From Fimicolochytrium jonesii (lineage: Eukaryota), in assembly GCF_025526975.1 (NCBI RefSeq), contig NW_026515684.1, forward strand, positions 558,001 through 615,915: a stretch of DNA of 57,915 bases, written 5' to 3'. A model generated the notes under the pieces. It was given only the letters and a program-made list of their open reading frames with translations, was not told where the DNA came from and did not search any database. Position numbers and translations under genes: made by a program. Positions 51,549-57,915 of this stretch are shown in pieces. Position 1 is the stretch's first letter; each line of letters opens with the position of its first letter.

Positions 51549-53595
51549 ATGCCAAAGGCAAAAATGACCAGATCGCCCAAGACCCAGTCACGGCGCAGAG
51601 AACACAACAACGACGTGCACCAACCTGGGCCCCCGCCCGTCATTACAGCCCCTACCCAACTGTCTGAAGTAAGTCAGTGTCCTTCACTCTCAACTACCAG
51701 CTCGGCGTCCCGCAAGGGCAGCACCTGGACAGACTTGGCCGCGGTGGGGTTGGTGTAGAAGAGCGCGGGGTCGGTGGCGGGGGCGTTCGTGGTTGTGATC
51801 TCCACGAGATGATCCACGTCCATTTTTGGGGAGGATCGGTTAACAGTGTCACAGGTTTCGTGAGACGGATGCAATGCGTCGGCGGCGACGGCGGCGTGTG
51901 ATCTGACCCGCTTGCAGTCACGGAGGAGCCGTCGGAGCTTGTGGAGCTGCGGGGGCGGGGTACATTGTGAGGCAGAAGCGACGCGAAGACGAAGGCGGTG
52001 AAGAGCACGGTGGCTGGCGCTACAAGCGGATCTTGCCAATTGTGGTGGGAGAGAAACACGCGGAGATGGGCATATTAGCGTGACCCCGCCCGTTCAACCA
52101 GGCAAAAATACTGGATTATTCCCCGTGGCGCCAAGAAGCGTATTTGTTACCAACCCTCCACCCAGAGTTTTTCAGACATTGTTACTTTGACGCCTACCAA
52201 TTTGTGGCCCGCGGAAGATATCCGTCACCTGGATCTCCACAATCCAGTGGTATCTGCCGCCTTTTCTCTGGCCGCAAAGATCCTCTCAAATCCAGCGACG
52301 CTGCAGGCTTTCGTCTTACACGTTGTTCCAAGAAGCACGAAGCCCTCCGAACGGACTCGCCCCGACTCCGACTATGAGGTAAAAAATTACAAGTTGGGCT
52401 TTCAAGGAGCATTTTATTACGATACTACTCGCTCTCTTTTGTATGAATAGCTCTTGGCAACCATCAAGCATACGCACATCGCCAACGAAATCCGGCGTTG
52501 TTTGCCCGTTATTAAGGTGCAAGACTTGGAGAAGGCGTACATGGTGTCAGAGATCGATCCCCAAAAGGAGAGAGACACACTTATTGTCCGCACAGAAGTA
52601 TGGATCACAGTGTATCTCTCTCTGTTTTCCCGCTGCTACGTGTTTGCTGATGAAGTCCCCCATTCAGCTCGCATTGCTGTGTACCAGCAGTATATCGGAC
52701 ACCGAGAGGGTATATCTAGCGGTATTGTTTGGAATCAAACTAGCCCATGAAGTTGGGCACGTCTTGCTGTTTCGGTGAGTCACAATGGCTGCTCAATGCT
52801 TAGCGCCATCCAAGGTGCGGGCCCGTGTGAAAACCCCATCGTGGACCAGCTTATCGGTTGGGTGCTACTGGCCATTGGGACCCCTGTGTTTTAGTGGGCG
52901 CGCCGGCTCCAGGTTATTATACAAGGCTAGAAAAAGTGTATTGCTCATACGTTATTCGCCGGAACCAGTTCTGGATTCGGCGCACGGACGACGTCAAAGG
53001 GGACCGTGCCAAGGACCCCTCCCGGTATTATGGGAAGCGAGGCGGGAACGTTTTTTGAGCACCAATTCGCTGGTGGATATGTTACGCATCTCCGAGAAGC
53101 GGAGCGCCAATGGCTACACGTTAGTATTTGGTGTTTTGCATTCTTTTTATCTCGGACCATTGGTTCTCAATTTCACCCCGGCGCTCAGTGCATGGGTCTC
53201 GTAGTCAAGACCCGGGTGGGTACAGCGCATCTTGTCCCGCTATCGTGGGCAAAACAGCTGTTGAGGGAGGAGTTTTGGAAAGGTATTTCCGGTTGAAAGT
53301 TTTGTGGGGCTGGGACGGATTCCGTGTTACGTTACGGTACGTTGGCGCTCAAATATTTTTTCTTCCCCACACTCGGTCGTCAGATCTCACCCGCCTATCA
53401 GACTGTAATGTCCCGCTGGAGCAATCACCCGCCTTGCCAAACTCCAAGAAGTTGGTGTTTGCTTCCTCAAACGAGGAATTAGAATTGATGGACGAGGATG
53501 ATGACGAATCAGAGGATGACGACGAAAATGTTGTTGAACTTCCGGACGGATGGGAGGTGTTCATGGAGGTTCACGAGAAAAGGGTGAAGGAATAA
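51549..53595 (+). CDS. Multi-exon hypothetical protein with zincin-like HExxH motif and acidic tail; exon model approximate
   Basis: IKLAHEVGH near 52735-52761; downstream TPPG..SEAGTFFE..FAGG; several GT-AG intron signals. Confidence 0.5.
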
Positions 53596-53789
53596 AGGTA
53601 GGTTTCAACTATAAATATCTGCGATTAAGGAAACAACCGCGCGGATTGCAGAAATCTGAACGAACGACTCAAACCCCACAGCTTTTGGTAGATTTAGCTC
53701 TGTTGCGTGGCTTGATCTTTTGGGTTGAAATCCCCTGGCAGCCTTCGGGCTGCCTAAAATGGCTGGCAAAGATCGCTACCTACACGTGG

Positions 53790-55127
53790 TGCCGGCTGTT
53801 TATGGCTAAATGCGATCAACGACTTCACAATATGGGAGGGGTAGGCGTGAATTCTTTTGGCACTGCGAGAGCCAGAAACATATTGAATCTCAGGAGAGTC
53901 TTGCATGGATTTCAAAATGAATCACTCATCCAACACAGGCTGGGTCCCAGACAGCTATCATGTGCAGTACTTTGTTTGGAAGCACAAAGCGGCGCCTAAA
54001 TATGGTCATCCACAAGTGAGTGCCGGGTTAACGTTCAAACCTCAACTCAAAATGCTGGTGAGGGTTAGGAGAAGGGTTTCACCAAGCCTTTTTGCTTGGC
54101 TTGAAAACGCCGGTTGATAACCTCCCTTTTTGCCACCCCTTTGCTCTATAGATGAAGAAAAAGACATCGATGAAGATGGAAGAGGTGTCTTTCTACCACA
54201 TTCCAATGTCCCTCTGGTGACCAAACTAATAGGGGACGACCAATCCATTTGTTACAATGCTCCGCAAATCGAACAACCTATTGCTGCTGATGAGGAAGAT
54301 CTGCAGAGCGACACAATCGCAGCATATGGGTTGGAAATCCATTCTGTTGTGAATGGTGAAAAAGGTCAACAAAGCAGTGGTGAAGATAATGACAGGGATG
54401 TGGGAAGTGAGGAGGATTTTTTTAGACCGCTGAAGGACATGCCTGATGTGGATCGGGCGGAATTGGGGAGGGGGATCAAATCTGTTGTGAAGTTCAAGTG
54501 GTAAGTCAGTCGTTGCATCAGTGGGTCGTTTTCTGTCACATTCTCGGGTTTCTGCGTCTAAATTTCCCTGCATTAATTCAAACGTTTCCACAGTTACACC
54601 CTCCAGGATTTTGAAATGACATCAACTAATCATGCCGAGTTTCATGCCCTTGCGGGTTTTTTCTCTCGCCCGAGTGAGCCATTGCGAGGAAGTAGAGCAC
54701 GGGACGCGCAGACCATTGCGAAGTCTCGAGAACGCATTTGCGGCTATTTGGGTTGGCTGAAACAATCGAAATGGAAAAAGCACCCGAGCTTTGTCGATTT
54801 CCACGATTTGGACACGTTCCTTGTAAGTCAGGGAAAGGATGCAACTGCTACATTCCCGGGAGGGGCACCGCGAACTGTCTTGTCTGTTCCCTTATTTCTA
54901 CTCATGCATATTCATTCAGGACAAGTACATAGACGGCTATTTGGTCAGCATCAGCGGTTTGGCACATGGGTCAGTCGCCAACGCCATCACTGCGGCGATA
55001 GATGTCTTGAAGGATCTGCACGCACAGTCGGACGAGCCTTTCGCAAGATGCGAAAAAATCGCGAGGCTTGAAGAATCGAAGGAACATGGAACAGACGCTG
55101 GCTGATAGACAAAGGAATTTGGTCATT
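53790..55127 (+). pseudogene. Truncated gene resembling the N-terminal core-binding region of a tyrosine recombinase
   Basis: Spliced reading EFHALAGFF..P..R..TI..RERICGYLGWL..PSF..F/..YL...GLAHGSVAN.I.AAIDVLK; ends at the telomeric repeats with no catalytic domain. Confidence 0.35.
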
Positions 55128-55196
55128 GGGTTAGGGGTTAGGGTTAGGGTTAGGGTTAGGGTTAGGGTTAGGGTTAGGGTTTAGGGTTTAGGGTTA
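55128..55196 (+). repeat. Interstitial telomeric array (~10 units with TTAGGGG and TTTAGGG variants)
   Basis: Direct inspection; same polarity as the terminal telomere. Confidence 0.97.
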
Positions 55197-56236
55197 CAAG
55201 ACCCCCTGGGTTGGGTTTTATTATTGGGTTGCCTGGAACCCTAGGGACTTAGAAATTTTCGAGTTTTTTGGCTTTTGGGTGTGTTCTACAGTTCAAATTC
55301 TTGACTCTGAGGGGTGTGGTGGCGGGGGGTGTTGCGCACCTAGGCAAGTCGGGGGGGACTAGGTGTGCAAGGGCAAGTGATGGGTCATATGGGTGGTGGT
55401 GCGGGTACGGGGGGGGGGGGGGCAGGGGTGCCAATAGGGGGGGGGGGGGGTTGATATAAAGGGGACATATATGTTATATATACGTTATAGGACTTGTGCA
55501 AATTGGGATTTTTTTAGTGCCGATCCGGAGTTGGCGTCCTAATTAAAAGTTGGCCCCATATCATATTCTCTAATTGAAGTACTCTCGGATTGGCAATCCG
55601 TGCGGAAACGGCTTCAGAAACTTAGAAAAACGAAATTTTCACGCGACAGGGGGTAAAAAATTGGAAAATGTGGTGATATCTCAACATCTGGCTGAATATC
55701 CAGTGTTGGGCACTTAATGAAAGTTGATTGTAGCCTATGGTTTGCATAGCTGATGTGGTAGCAAATCTTGTGTAACCTCGCTTTTGGCTGAAGAAAAGGG
55801 CCCCTTTTCAATTCTCAAGTAGTGACCCCCAAGACCTCCTAACAAAAGACACGAGTACGTATGTGCAGGCAAAGGGGTTTGGCTGTGTTCTCCAGTAAAC
55901 ATTTTGTGATTCCGCTGTGCATTGTAGACTGTTTGTAGGACCCTTGCGGAATGTTATTTACCAAAACTGTTGAACATTTTCCGGTTAAAGCAGTGTTCTA
56001 CAGTTTGTCCATGCAGGTTAGAGCACGTGACCTGGGCTTGCTTGCAGGGTACGCAGAGTGAGAGGGTTGGGGTTAGAGATTTCCCAGATCACTTATTAAA
56101 TTCAGCCAAACTGTCTCTGTCATGGAACATTTAAAATGGTGGAAAGTAGTATTGCATTTATTGATTTAGAGTACATTGGAAAAGCGCACATTCAGAAAGG
56201 GTTTTGGTGTAAAGTTATCAACGACATGCAACAGTA

Positions 56237-57694
56237 CTAAAGGACTTCCGCAAGCATGTCACGGACTTGGTTCTGTCCAAAAGTCGTACGGCACTCAGGG
56301 TACCTGGCGCAGCGGAGACGGAAACGATGCTGACCGCCAATGCTATGAAAAGCTGAGCCTCCACAGTTGGGACATTGAAGCTGATCACGATGCTGATGGA
56401 AGAGTTCACGGATATTGCCAATGGGAGCAGCATCAGGCACTTCCCCATCCCCATGACCCCACCAAGCACGAGCAGGATCAATGACGGGTGCAATGCCTTT
56501 GAACCATCCGGGATTGAAACCAAAAGAGTTGAGAACATCTCGGAAGCGCTGACAGTCTGTCACAGTAGTCTGTCTATTGCGATCTCCTCTGAATAGAACT
56601 CTGGTGGCAGCGTCCATGATGCCATTGATGAGACTGTAGTACTCTTCCACCGGCACAAGCTTCAAGGAGTTTGCGCCCATGTGCTGGAAAATGGTCTCGA
56701 TCTGGTCCAAATGGAGATTCAAAACCATCTGTTCCGCTGATTCCAACCTGGCGCACTGAACTCGCACTTCAACTCGCATGCCAGTAATGTGGAGCGGGTG
56801 ACTGTTGAGCCATTGACGTAAACCTCTCAGTGTCTCACTGCGATCACCAAGGCTGGACTTGGTTTGGGGCATTCGCGAAGACAAAGTCGAAGAGTAGGCT
56901 TTGAGCGCATGAACAAGCTTTGGGTAGCAAGTAACCCGAACATTGGCGTGACCCGCAATGTCAAAGCGGGTGGACCCAAATCCCTCACCAAGGATGGTGA
57001 GCATGGGAAAGGTGGCTCCAACTCCACGTCCATTGTAGCGAACCAAAGGAATGACACCACATGAGTGTTAATGTCTGACCAATGTCCCATGTGTTCAGTG
57101 CAGCATCGGGATGGTTGCTCACTTCCTGATCAAAGGAATAGGCTGGCAAAGTCTGAATGCGTTGCTTCATTCCATACTGCACAATGCGTACAGAGGGTGA
57201 CACAGCACCAATGATGTCCTGGAACCCAGACATCAACAGATTTTGCCGCCCAGCAATCAATCGTGAGTGATCCGTGCTTTCCCTCACGATGATCGAATGT
57301 TCATTGTGAAGTAACTCAAGAATCCTTGCCTTTGACTCTGGATTGAATGGAATGCTAATGACACAAGGTCTGCTAGCGATCCGCATCCAACCGGCGAAAG
57401 CTTCACTGTCCTTGATATGCTGCATCACTCCAGACAGTTCAACCAAGGTGAAGGCACCAAAGAGGGTGGTCAGCTTTGTGGTAGGGAGCGTAAAGGCCAT
57501 CCAGTCCACATCAAAGTAGCCAGTACTGCGAAAGACCCCAAACTGCTCATCCTGAGGGGCAGGAGAGTGATGGTGTTCCTCATCTGAAGAGCTTGAGCGA
57601 GAAGTTGGCAACTCGATGTCCTCACGCCCCTCATCACTATGATGATGAAAGTTGGAGCCGTTTGAACCAGAAATGGACAACTCCACATTCAAAC
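56237..57694 (-). pseudogene. 5'-truncated, frameshifted ORF with C-terminal zinc-finger-like motif, reading inward from the telomere
   Basis: ORFs 57692-56985 and 57046-56237 overlap in different frames; GMRVEVRV; CPNC-x16-C-x5-C; no ATG before the telomere junction. Confidence 0.55.
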
Positions 57695-57915
57695 TTAGGG
57701 TTAGGGTTAGGGTTAGGGTTAGGGTTAGGGTTAGGGTTAGGGTTAGGGTTAGGGTTAGGGTTAGGGTTAGGGTTAGGGTTAGGGTTAGGGTTAGGGTTAG
57801 GGTTAGGGTTAGGGTTAGGGTTAGGGTTAGGGTTAGGGTTAGGGTTAGGGTTAGGGTTAGGGTTAGGGTTAGGGTTAGGGTTAGGGTAGGGTTAGGGTTA
57901 GGGTTAGGGTTAGGG
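57695..57915 (+). repeat. Telomere (TTAGGG)n, about 37 units
   Basis: Array runs to the window end with one TAGGG variant. Confidence 0.99.

Noticed and set aside
55788..55815. CTGAAGA plus hairpin as a hammerhead ribozyme of a Penelope-like element
   Set aside because: No GAAA after the stem, and it is on the opposite strand to the ORF
57593..57889. ORF with poly-LG tail
   Set aside because: Translation of telomeric repeats

Overview
This is the right-hand end of a fungal chromosome: spliceosomal introns throughout and a terminal (TTAGGG)n array at 57695-57915. Gene content and style suggest a chytrid or other early-diverging fungus (inference). Positions 1-25.6 kb are mostly conserved genes: MECR/ETR1-like reductase, UBE2J/UBC6-like E2, TSR4/PDCD2-like, a CHY zinc finger protein, PRMT3, a secreted Cys-repeat protein, a class IV-like chitin synthase and a LigB/DODA dioxygenase. 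From about 26 kb to the telomere is an accessory subtelomeric zone. Its main feature is an intron-split Fanzor1 (TnpB-family RNA-guided nuclease) gene on the minus strand that the ORF track shows only in fragments. It reassembles in frame (about 700-765 aa) after removing six GT-AG introns and a Ty3/Gypsy chromovirus insertion (TSD GGCGG), and it carries one premature stop. A structured candidate omegaRNA lies just downstream. The Fanzor is head-to-head, about 220-420 bp away, with an intact TET/JBP-like 2OG-Fe(II) dioxygenase gene, which suggests a Fanzor + DNA-base-modifier mobile module. The zone also holds a PD-(D/E)xK nuclease gene, solo LTRs, a small double-RING gene, a secreted BBE-like oxidase, several pseudogenes, a tyrosine-recombinase-like gene cut off by an interstitial telomere array, and a 2.5 kb segment bracketed by telomeric repeats that resembles a 5'-truncated terminal retrotransposition product. 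All family calls come from motif recognition by eye; no searches were run.
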